Part shown: one piece after another, positions 55,653 through 64,000 of the stretch
Numbering within the stretch: position 1 is the first letter of the stretch
How the letters are laid out: every line of letters starts with the position of its first letter
Origin: Angustibacter luteus
GTDB taxonomy: Bacteria; Actinomycetota; Actinomycetes; Actinomycetales; Angustibacteraceae
Direction: 5' to 3'
DNA: 64,000 bases
Assembly: GCF_039541115.1 (NCBI RefSeq)
Contig: NZ_BAABFP010000002.1
Location: forward strand, 372,001-436,000
The notes under the pieces: generated by a model
What the model saw: only the letters and a program-made list of their open reading frames with translations
The model's database searches: none
What the model was told of the DNA's origin: nothing
Translations under genes and position numbers: made by a program

Positions 55653-58600
55653 GACGTCCTCCCGTCGAGCAGGTCGGACAGGTCGAGCACCAGCGCGCTC
55701 GGCGGCCGCCAGGACAGGACCCCGGTTGGCGTCCCGTCGACGACCGGGGTGTTCGGCCCGCACATGCCGCGCACGAACAGGTACAACGCGCCGCCGAGGT
55801 ACTCGTCCGGGTCGTAGCCTGGTTGGCGCCAGCGCAGGAAACGGTGCAGCGCAACGGAGTACAGCAGCAGCTGCAGCGGGTAGTGCGCAGCCATCATCGC
55901 CTCGGCCATGGCGTCCGGCCGGTAGTGCCAGGTGGTCAGCGGCTCGTCGACGGCGGCCAGCCGGTTGGTCTTGTAGTCCACGACGACGTAGCGCGGGCGC
56001 CCGTGCTCGTCCCGGATCCGCAGCACGGCGTCGATGCTGCCGGCCAGGTACCCGCGCAGCCGTCCGGTGCCGAGCCCGGCCGCGGCCAGTCGCCGTCCGT
56101 AGTCGGCGAAGGGGTCGTCCGGCGGCAGGTGGCGGTCGAGCAGGGTCGTCACGTCGGCCAGCGTCCCGCCGGTCGAGGCGGCGGAGCTGCTGGTGTCGCC
56201 GCCGGCCAGCGGGAGCTCGAAGTCCAGCTCGGCCAACCGGTCCGTGACCTCGAGGTCGCCGAGCGTCCGCCCGGGCGCCAGCGGACCCAGCGGGGTGTCG
56301 AGGACCAGCTCGAGCGCATCGGCCAGGGTCTGGGTGGACGCGTCGTCCAGCCGGGCGCTGCGCGCCTGCCGGATCCCGGCCACGATCGCGTCCGGGAGGT
56401 CACCGCGCGCCCGCGACGTGACCGGGTCGAGGTGCTCGAGCACCTCGTGCACGAGCGTGCCGAACGTGGCACCGCCCACCAGGTCCGCCATCGGGGAGGG
56501 CAGGTGCGCCCCGGCCGGCGAGTCGGACGACGAGTCGGACGCGGGACCGGTCGGCGGTACGTCGCTCTCGTCCTGGACGCCGGTGGCTTCCGGCTCGCTC
56601 GCGACACCAGGGCCGGCGTCGTGCGCTGCCGCAGTCAGGCCCGAGTACGACGTCCGCCGCCAGGTGAGGTCGAGGTGCCGGCGCAGCGAGCCGACGGACA
56701 GGGCGGCGTCCTCGACGGCCGGTGCTCGCCAGCGCACCAGCCGGGGCGCCGCGTCGACCTGCTCCACCTCGATCGTGCCCTGCGAGCCCTCGGCCAGGTC
56801 GGCGAGCTTCGCGACCACCTTCGGGTCGGCGGCCACCGTCACCCGGTCCGGTGGCTGCTGGCCGGATCCCCACTCCCCCAGCACCATCCGGCTCAGCGGC
56901 CCGCTGCCGGAGTTGCGGGAGGCCGCCCACCAGGCGACGACCTGCGAGCTCGCCCGGGTCAGCGCGACGTACAGAAGGCGCAGGTCCTCGCCGCGCTCCT
57001 CGGCCAGGTGCCGGTCGCGCGCGGCGGCGTAGTGCTGGTCCTCGGCGCCACCGATGTGCAGGACGCGGTGGCCGGCGCCGTCGTGGAAGCGCAGGACCGA
57101 CGGGGTGGTCGCCTCGTACCGGTCCCAGCCGAACGGGACGTAGACCACCGGGAACTCCAGCCCCTTGCTGGCGTGCACGGTGACGACCTGCACGGCGGCC
57201 GCGTCCGTCTCGAGGCGGCGGCTGCGTTCCTCGGCGTAGTCCCCGGCCGCCTCGTCCACCCGCCGGCGCAGCCAGTCCGTGAGCGCGGCACCGCCCAGCC
57301 GGTCCTGCACCGCGGCGACGTGCATCGACTGGGCGACGTGCCGCAGGTCGGTGAGCGTCCGCTCCCCCGTCGTCGTGCGCATCAGGCGCTCCGCGAGGCC
57401 GTCCGCGGTGGTGGCCTCGAGCAGGGCGGCCACTCCGCGGTCGGTGAGCACCTGCGCCCACGACCGCACCCGGTCGGACAGCTCGTCGCGCTCCGCGTCG
57501 GACGCGTTCGCCAGCCGCGACGCGTCCCAGCCGATGAACGGGCTGAGCGCCAGCGCGGCGGTCCGCCCGGCGTGCCCCGGCTGCTCGACGGCGCGCAGCA
57601 GCGTGAGCCAGTCCCGCGCCGCCCGCGTGCCGAACACGCTGGACAGCCCCGACACCACCGCCGGTACGCCGACGGCGACCAGGGCCTGCTGGACGAGGGC
57701 GGCGTCGGCGTTGCGCTGGGTCAGCACCGCGACGTCCGCCGGCCGCAGCGGCCGCCAGCCGTCGCCGTCCGCCAACCGGGTCTGCTCGAGCTGGCGGACG
57801 ACGTCCGCCGCCACGTCCTGCGCGATCAGCGCGCGCACCCGGTCGACCGGTGGGGTCTTCGTGCCGCTGAACCCGAACGCGGTGCGGGTGACGTGCCGCA
57901 GCCGCAGCGGGGCACCGCCGGCCAGCCGCCGCTCGACGTGGGCGGCCGTGACCGGCCGGACCAGGATCGCCTCGTCGCCGAGGGCGGCGCCGCCCATGAC
58001 GTGCTCGAGCGCGCCCAGCAGTGGCGCGTCGCTGCGCCAGCTGCGGCCCAGCGTCGCCGCGTGGTCGGCGCTCGCCCGGGCCGCCAGGTACGCGACGACG
58101 TCGCCGCCGCGGAACGCGTAGATGGCCTGCTTCGGGTCGCCGATCAGGACGAGCGTGCGGTGCCCGTGGAACGCGGTGTGCAGGATCTGCCACTGCACGG
58201 GGTCGGTGTCCTGGAACTCGTCGACCAGCACCACCCGGTAGCGCGAGCGAACCCGCCCGGCCGCAGCCGGTCCGGTCTGCTCGTCGGCGAGCGCGTCGCG
58301 GAGCAGGACGAGCAGGTCGTCGTAGTCGATCAACCGCCGGGCCCGCTTGCGCTGGCGCACCTCCTGGACGACGTCCCGGGCGAACGCGTACCGGTGACCG
58401 GCGAGCGTGTCGGGCGGGGCGTAGCCGGGCTCGAGCCTGGCCTGCGGGTCACTGACGGCGGCGCGTGCGACGAGCCGGGCGTCGGCCACCGACAGGGCCG
58501 GCGCCGGGTTGGCGGCGAAGCGCTGCAGGTACCGGTCGTCGACCACCTCGTCCACCAGGTCGGCCAGGTCCGGCACCAGCACCGCGTCGGCGTCGACGTC

Positions 58601-59059
58601 ACTGCTGACGCCCAGGGACGTGAGCATCTGCTGGCAGAACCCGTGCGTCGTGGCGATGGTGGCGGCGTCGAAGTCGGCCAGCGCGGCGGCCAGCCGGCGG
58701 CGGCGCACCGCCAGCTCGTCGTCGTCCACGTCGGCCAGGTGCCGCACCAGGTCGTCGTCGCTGCGTCGGGCGTCCGGGTCGCGCAGCGCGCGCTCGGCCG
58801 ACACCAGGCGCTCGCGGACCCGGTCGCGCAGCTCCGACGTCGCGGCCCGGCCGAACGTGACCAGCAGCAGCTCGGGGAGCTCGGCGACCCCTTCGGCCAC
58901 GTAGCGGGCCGCCAGGGCGGCGATGGTGAACGTCTTACCGGTGCCGGCGCTGGCCTCCAGAACTGTGGTGCCCGTGGGGAGATCGCCGCAGACGTCGAAC
59001 ACCGCGACCGGTTGGATCGGCCGGCCGGCGCGCTCGCCGGCGGGCTGGTCGGAGCTCAC
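55649..59059 (-). CDS. recB: Exodeoxyribonuclease V beta subunit (helicase-nuclease)
   Basis: EASAGTGKT, VDEFQDTD, GDPKQAIYAFRG, HASKGLEF, LYVALTRA, TSYSGL, GSID...VDYKTN, YPLQ. Confidence 0.96.
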   Translation of the reverse strand: MSSDQPAGERAGRPIQPVAVFDVCGDLPTGTTVLEASAGTGKTFTIAALAARYVAEGVAELPELLLVTFGRAATSELRDRVRERLVSAERALRDPDARRSDDDLVRHLADVDDDELAVRRRRLAAALADFDAATIATTHGFCQQMLTSLGVSSDVDADAVLVPDLADLVDEVVDDRYLQRFAANPAPALSVADARLVARAAVSDPQARLEPGYAPPDTLAGHRYAFARDVVQEVRQRKRARRLIDYDDLLVLLRDALADEQTGPAAAGRVRSRYRVVLVDEFQDTDPVQWQILHTAFHGHRTLVLIGDPKQAIYAFRGGDVVAYLAARASADHAATLGRSWRSDAPLLGALEHVMGGAALGDEAILVRPVTAAHVERRLAGGAPLRLRHVTRTAFGFSGTKTPPVDRVRALIAQDVAADVVRQLEQTRLADGDGWRPLRPADVAVLTQRNADAALVQQALVAVGVPAVVSGLSSVFGTRAARDWLTLLRAVEQPGHAGRTAALALSPFIGWDASRLANASDAERDELSDRVRSWAQVLTDRGVAALLEATTADGLAERLMRTTTGERTLTDLRHVAQSMHVAAVQDRLGGAALTDWLRRRVDEAAGDYAEERSRRLETDAAAVQVVTVHASKGLEFPVVYVPFGWDRYEATTPSVLRFHDGAGHRVLHIGGAEDQHYAAARDRHLAEERGEDLRLLYVALTRASSQVVAWWAASRNSGSGPLSRMVLGEWGSGQQPPDRVTVAADPKVVAKLADLAEGSQGTIEVEQVDAAPRLVRWRAPAVEDAALSVGSLRRHLDLTWRRTSYSGLTAAAHDAGPGVASEPEATGVQDESDVPPTGPASDSSSDSPAGAHLPSPMADLVGGATFGTLVHEVLEHLDPVTSRARGDLPDAIVAGIRQARSARLDDASTQTLADALELVLDTPLGPLAPGRTLGDLEVTDRLAELDFELPLAGGDTSSSAASTGGTLADVTTLLDRHLPPDDPFADYGRRLAAAGLGTGRLRGYLAGSIDAVLRIRDEHGRPRYVVVDYKTNRLAAVDEPLTTWHYRPDAMAEAMMAAHYPLQLLLYSVALHRFLRWRQPGYDPDEYLGGALYLFVRGMCGPNTPVVDGTPTGVLSWRPPSALVLDLSDLLDGRTS

Positions 59060-62000
59060 GGCTGGCTCGTCTCGTGGTCGAGCAGCGGCTGCCAGACCCG
59101 GCGGGCCAGGACCCCCAGCCGGCTGGAGTCCTGCGGCCACCACTTCTGCTCGGTCGGGTCCGGCGTCCCCAGCAGGTCGTCCAGCGCCGCACCCGGCCCC
59201 CAGCCGAGCTCGTGGTACTCGTCGCTCGCCTCGAACCCGCTCTTCCAGACGCGCCGGGCGTCCTCCAGCGCCTGCACCTCGGCGTCACCGGCGAACCGGC
59301 TCTGGGCGTACGCGAGCGCGGTGTCGACCGGCATCGGCAGGAGCTCGCGGGTGGCTCGCTCGCGCAGCCGCACCAGCTCCTCCAGCCGTTGCGCTGCCCA
59401 CGCCGGGTCGGGAGTGCGCAGCCCCATCGCCGTCGAGCTGGCCGACCGACCGGCCGACCGGCCCACCGTGACCGCCCGCCACGCGCGATCTGGCTCCGAG
59501 GCGACCAGGGCGAGCAGCTGGACCCACGCGCGCAGCCGGTGCTTGCCGGACACCCGCGAGTAGACGCTGCGCAGCAGCACGTCGCCGTGCACGCCGGGCA
59601 CCGACCCGCTGACCACGAAGCCGCCCGGCAGGTCGGCCCGGACGTCGACCACGCGCGCCTGCCCCGCCGCGTACCGGGCGGCCGCGTCGACGATCGGCTC
59701 GACCCGCTCGGCGACCTCCGCCAACGTGGCCCGCCCGAGCTCGCGCGGCGGGACGTGGCCTCGCCGCCACTCGGCCGCCACCGCGCGCCCCGGGTCGACG
59801 TCGGCCAGCCGGGCTCCCAGCAGCCGGTCCCCGACCGCCCACTTCTGCAGGCCGTCGAGCTCCAGCGGCAGCCGGTCCTCGACGTCCTCGTCGTCACCAC
59901 TGAGCGACACCCTCAGCCGACGCCGCAGGAACCACTTCACCGGGTGCTCGAGCGCACGCACCAGGTCGTCCAGGTCGACCTGGTCCGGGCGCGGCTCGAC
60001 CGGCAGGGGCCGCGACAGGAACGGCGCGGGGCCGACCCGCTCGCCACGCCCCGCCCGGGCGGCCTCGAACGCCACCGCGTCGAAGCTGAACGGCCCGGGG
60101 CGGTGCAGGGCGCCAGCGACGAAGTTGCGCTCGTCCACGACCTGCAGCGGGTGCCGGACGACGACGTGCTCGCGCACCGGGCGCCCGTCCGTGGCGGTGG
60201 CGGCGCCGTCCAGCGCGTCGAGCAGCTCGCTGACCGGGACCGCCGGCGGACGGGCCGCCCCCGTGCGCTGGTCGGCACCGGTGTAGAGGACCACGAGGTG
60301 GTCGGACGCGGCCGTCACCGCATCCAGGAACAGCTGACGGTCCTCGCTGCGGCGCTCCCGCTCGCCCAGGCACGGGTCGCGCAGCAGGACGTCGTCCCCG
60401 TCCGCCGACGTTCGCCGCGGGAACGCACCGTCGTCCAGACCCAGCAGGCAGACCACCCGGTGCGGCACGGCCCGCATGGGTTCGAGCGAGCACATGGTCA
60501 GGCCGCCGGTCCGGAACCCGGCACGGGTCGGCCGTCCCGCGAGCCGCCCGGCCAGCAGCGCGCGCACGTCGGGCAGCCGCAGCACGGTCTCACCGCGCTC
60601 GGTGGTGAGATCGGGCGACCACTGAGCGTCCGCCAGCACCTGGCGGGCCTGTACGAGCTGCCAGGCGTCCGCGGCAGCGACGTCCGCGAGCTGGTCGAGC
60701 GCGCCGTCCAGCAGGTCCAGCCACGTGCCGAGCGGATGGGTGCCGTCGAGGCTGGCGAGGACGCCGGTGAGCCGCTCGAGCAGCTCGGCCAGCCGTCCGG
60801 CCAGCTCGATGTCGTTGCTGTCCACGTCGTCCAGCGGCAACGCGGACCCGACGAAACGCTGGTCCTCGTCGGCCATCGCCGCGCCCAGCAGGATGCGGTC
60901 CAGCGCGGTGCCCCAGGTGCCCTGCCGCAGGTCCGGCAGGCCGAACCGGGCCCGGCGGTCCAGGTCCTCACCCCAGTGCACCCCCGCGTCGACGGCCCAG
61001 CCGGAGATGCGGTCCAGGTCGTCGTCGTCGAACCCGAACCGCCGCCGCACCGGCTCGCTGGCGGCCAGGTCCAGCACCTGCGACGCGGTGACCCGGTCGT
61101 CGGCCAGACCCAGCAGAGCGGCGAGCAGCGCGAGGACCGGGTTGGTCTGGCGCAGCGAGCGGTCGGCCAGCCGGACCCGCAACATCTGCCCGGGGTGCAC
61201 GGCGGACCGCCCGTCCACCGGCTCGACCTCGGCCCCGAGCCCGAACGTGGCCGTGACCAGCGGGGCGAACGCCTCGATGTCCGGGCACATCACGACGACC
61301 TCACGCGGCTCCAGGGTGGCGTCGTCGGCGAACATCCCCACCAGCATCTCGCGCAGCACCTCGACCTGGCGGGCCCGGCCGTGGCAGGCCAGCACCTGGA
61401 CGCTGCGGTCGCCGTCCGCGAGCGGGTGCGGCGCGGCGTCCGGGTCGTCGTCGCGCAGCCGCTGCTGCAGGGCCCCGAGCAGCGTGGGCCCGGTGGGAGG
61501 GGACGGGTGGTAGTGGTCGACGGTGGCGCCGGCGCGCAGCCGGGTCTGCAGCTCGCTCGCGTCGCGAGCCATGGACGCGAGCATCGGGTGGGCCGCGACG
61601 ACCGGCTGGTCGCGACGCCGCCGGGCCGGGCCGTCGAGCCCGGACACGTTGCGCCACAACGCCGGTGACGGGTGCGGCAACCACAGGTGGACGTCGCGGT
61701 GCCGGCTGAGCGCGTCCAGCACCATCAGCTGGTCCTGCGGCAGCCGGGTGGCGCCGAACACCGAGAGCCGGGGCGCGAACGGCACCCGGTCCGGCGCGTC
61801 GGCGAGCAGCTGCACGGCCTCGGCGAGCCGCTCGGGCGGGCTCGCGACGTCGAGCCGGTCGCGCAGGCGGCGCCACAGCCGGGGCTGCCAGGCGAGGTCG
61901 GCCGGCACCGGTTGGCCGGTGCCGTCCTCGTCGGCCCCTGCCGCCCAGGCCAGGACGAGCTCGGGGCGCTGCGCGCCGTAGCTGGTGAACAGCGAAGCCA

Positions 62001-62436
62001 GGTGCTGGGCCAGGGCGAGCCGGCGGCCCCGGCGCACGTCGTCGTCGTCGGTGGTGGACGGGCCGAGCCCGAGGTGTCGGGCCAGCACGGCCGCCCACGG
62101 TTCCTCGGCGACCGCGTCGACGACCTCGAGCAGCGCCCAGGTGAGGCTGTCGTACCGCCAGGGGTCGTCGTCCGGTTCCAGCCCCAGGGTCGCGGACAGC
62201 GCGCCCGCCACCAGCCGGGACGGCGACCCGAACCCGATGTTGGCGCACACGCCGTCCTGCTCGCCGGGTGCGGCGCCGAGGCGGTGGGAGAGCCGTTGGG
62301 CGAGCCAGCGCTCCACGCCGCGGGTGGGGACGGCGACGACGTCCGGCGCGAACGGGTCGTCGAGGGGGGTGGCGAGCACACCGGCCAGCGGTTCGACGAG
62401 CGCGTCGGCGCGCTCCGAGCGGTGCACGTGCAGCAC
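59056..62436 (-). CDS. recC: Exodeoxyribonuclease V gamma subunit
   Basis: LHVHRSER, VPTRGVERWL, CHGRARQVEVL, MCPDIEAFAP, PMRAVPHRVVCLLG; GTGA-coupled to recB. Confidence 0.95.
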   Translation of the reverse strand: MLHVHRSERADALVEPLAGVLATPLDDPFAPDVVAVPTRGVERWLAQRLSHRLGAAPGEQDGVCANIGFGSPSRLVAGALSATLGLEPDDDPWRYDSLTWALLEVVDAVAEEPWAAVLARHLGLGPSTTDDDDVRRGRRLALAQHLASLFTSYGAQRPELVLAWAAGADEDGTGQPVPADLAWQPRLWRRLRDRLDVASPPERLAEAVQLLADAPDRVPFAPRLSVFGATRLPQDQLMVLDALSRHRDVHLWLPHPSPALWRNVSGLDGPARRRRDQPVVAAHPMLASMARDASELQTRLRAGATVDHYHPSPPTGPTLLGALQQRLRDDDPDAAPHPLADGDRSVQVLACHGRARQVEVLREMLVGMFADDATLEPREVVVMCPDIEAFAPLVTATFGLGAEVEPVDGRSAVHPGQMLRVRLADRSLRQTNPVLALLAALLGLADDRVTASQVLDLAASEPVRRRFGFDDDDLDRISGWAVDAGVHWGEDLDRRARFGLPDLRQGTWGTALDRILLGAAMADEDQRFVGSALPLDDVDSNDIELAGRLAELLERLTGVLASLDGTHPLGTWLDLLDGALDQLADVAAADAWQLVQARQVLADAQWSPDLTTERGETVLRLPDVRALLAGRLAGRPTRAGFRTGGLTMCSLEPMRAVPHRVVCLLGLDDGAFPRRTSADGDDVLLRDPCLGERERRSEDRQLFLDAVTAASDHLVVLYTGADQRTGAARPPAVPVSELLDALDGAATATDGRPVREHVVVRHPLQVVDERNFVAGALHRPGPFSFDAVAFEAARAGRGERVGPAPFLSRPLPVEPRPDQVDLDDLVRALEHPVKWFLRRRLRVSLSGDDEDVEDRLPLELDGLQKWAVGDRLLGARLADVDPGRAVAAEWRRGHVPPRELGRATLAEVAERVEPIVDAAARYAAGQARVVDVRADLPGGFVVSGSVPGVHGDVLLRSVYSRVSGKHRLRAWVQLLALVASEPDRAWRAVTVGRSAGRSASSTAMGLRTPDPAWAAQRLEELVRLRERATRELLPMPVDTALAYAQSRFAGDAEVQALEDARRVWKSGFEASDEYHELGWGPGAALDDLLGTPDPTEQKWWPQDSSRLGVLARRVWQPLLDHETSQP

Positions 62437-62525
62437 GCAACCCCTCCGTCCTCGCGGTTCGCCACGCATCGTCCAGCCAGAACCCTATGCCGGGGCAGCG
62501 ACATCCCGGCCGGCCGCGCGGCTCG

Positions 62526-64000
62526 CTAGCGGTACGCGGACAGGAACCGGTCGCGGAAGGTGTCCATCGGCCAGACCGGTGCGGACGGGCTCGGCCGCAG
62601 GCCCGGCTGCCACCCCCAGGACGCGACCCGGTCCAGCACGGCGGGGTCACGGGCGATGATCGAGACCGGGACGTCGTGCCCGGCCCGCGCGCCGGACACG
62701 ATGGATGCCGGCTGGTGGTCGCCCAGCACCACGAGCACCAGGTCGTCGTCGCCCGAGCCGGCCACGAACGAGGTGAGCGCGTCCAGCGAGTAGGCGATCG
62801 ACGTCGCGTAGGCCGCCCGGACCTTGGCGACGTCGGGCCACACGTCCCCCGGAGCCTGACCCTGGGCGGGCATGCCGTCGTACACCGACCCGTCACCCAC
62901 GGCGTCCGGGTCGACCATCCGTGGCACCGGCGCCCACGGCGTGTGGCTGGACACGAGGTCGATCTCGGCCATCACCGGCGGCCGCGGCCGCCCGGTCAGC
63001 TCGAGGTGCCGGAAGGCCGCGAGCGTGTACTGGTCAGGCATCGAGGCGTAGCTGAACGACGGGCCCCGGTACCCCACGTTGCGGGCGTCGTACAGCTGGT
63101 CGTAGCGGTAGAAGGACCGGCCCGGCGGCCAGTCCTGCCGGTTGGAGGGGACGTCGCTGACCGTCCGCCAGCCGGCCCGGCCGAACGCCTGGCTCAGCGT
63201 GAAGCGGTCGCCCGCGACGAGGTCGTCGTACCTTCGCTGGCTGTCCACCCAGGTCCCCGACTGCAGGGTGGAGTGCGCGAGCCAGCTGATCCCGCCGAAG
63301 GTCGGCGAGGTCAGGAACGCGCTCGCCGAGGCGTACCCGGATGCCTGCAGTCGCTGTGTGCCGGCGTCCAGCGCCCCGACCACCCCGGACGTCGGTCCCG
63401 GACCTTCCAGCGCCGCACGGCCGTAGCTCTCCACGAAGACGAGCAGGACGTCCTTGCCGCGCAGTCCGGTCAGCAGCCGGTCGGCCGGGGTGTCCCGGAA
63501 GGCGTCGACCCTGGCCTCCCGGGCGAACTGCTCGCGGTCGCGCCGGTCGGCGCGGACCAGGCGGACCTGGTCCACGGCCAGCCCGGCCGCGCCGGTCGAA
63601 GCCACCGGGACGCCAGGGGCCGCCTGCAACCCGAGGGCGGCCGCCAGCGTCCAGCCCACGCCGAGCACCGACACGACGGCCGCCGTGCCGGCCCGGCGGC
63701 GCGCGGCCAGGGTGGTGAGACGCAGCACCGACAGCGGCATCAGGACGAGGACCCCGCCGGCCAGGACGAGCGCGGCCACCGCGACGGCGACGCCCTGCGC
63801 GGCGCCGAGCGAGTCGCGCAGCAGGCCCGTCGCCGAGCCCAGGTAGCGCCAGTCCGTCAGCGGGTCGAACGGCCGGCCGACGGCGGTGGTCGAGCCCAGG
63901 TCGAGCAGCTTGAGCACGGTGAGCAGCCCGAGCAGGCCGCCGACGCCCACGGCCATCGCCGCCCGGAGCCGGTCCGGCAGCGCCACGGCGAGCCCGGCGA
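62526..64000 (-). CDS. Membrane-anchored sulfatase-like/alkaline-phosphatase superfamily protein, 5' end outside the window
   Basis: TM N-terminal part, then VFVESYG, SPTFGGISWLAH, SSHTPW, GDHQP. Confidence 0.75.
   Translation of the reverse strand, partial: AGLAVALPDRLRAAMAVGVGGLLGLLTVLKLLDLGSTTAVGRPFDPLTDWRYLGSATGLLRDSLGAAQGVAVAVAALVLAGGVLVLMPLSVLRLTTLAARRRAGTAAVVSVLGVGWTLAAALGLQAAPGVPVASTGAAGLAVDQVRLVRADRRDREQFAREARVDAFRDTPADRLLTGLRGKDVLLVFVESYGRAALEGPGPTSGVVGALDAGTQRLQASGYASASAFLTSPTFGGISWLAHSTLQSGTWVDSQRRYDDLVAGDRFTLSQAFGRAGWRTVSDVPSNRQDWPPGRSFYRYDQLYDARNVGYRGPSFSYASMPDQYTLAAFRHLELTGRPRPPVMAEIDLVSSHTPWAPVPRMVDPDAVGDGSVYDGMPAQGQAPGDVWPDVAKVRAAYATSIAYSLDALTSFVAGSGDDDLVLVVLGDHQPASIVSGARAGHDVPVSIIARDPAVLDRVASWGWQPGLRPSPSAPVWPMDTFRDRFLSAYR

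Noticed and set aside
55823..61668. Long + strand ORFs (1246 aa, 864 aa) opposite recB/recC
   Set aside because: Antisense shadows of well-supported genes.
1..64000. tRNA, rRNA, IS elements, toxin-antitoxin or restriction-modification loci
   Set aside because: No cloverleaf or T-loop signatures in the short intergenic gaps, and no transposase, nuclease-toxin or DNA methyltransferase motifs; the methyltransferase at 26563-27312 is a small-molecule class I type.

Overview
Very GC-rich actinobacterial chromosomal segment, densely coding (~57 genes). I found no rRNA, tRNA, CRISPR array, integrase or transposase. The left end is a conserved core block (SRAP, DoxX, aroA, rsgA, hisN) and the right end carries a recC-recB-recD operon. 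Between them is a patchwork of small accessory modules. The most interesting are: (1) a tightly coupled five-gene operon (PIG-L deacetylase, ATP-grasp ligase, PHP hydrolase, processive GT2 synthase, 44-aa membrane peptide; 12229-16174) that looks like a pathway for a modified glycan I cannot match to a described system; (2) a phage-free CHAP endolysin plus holin-like cassette transcribed divergently from a STAND-type AAA-LuxR regulator (32587-37388); (3) three divergent LuxR-regulator/target modules (lysis cassette, SCO4226-like Ni-binding protein, cutinase/PET-hydrolase-like enzyme) whose target promoters share an 18-bp box ending in CCGAT 22-23 nt before a candidate -10; (4) a secreted type I PET-hydrolase-like cutinase; (5) a small membrane-anchored protein with Ser at every third residue; (6) a gad operon lacking gadC; (7) several long REP-like hairpins. 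All functional calls come from motif recognition by eye, with no database search.
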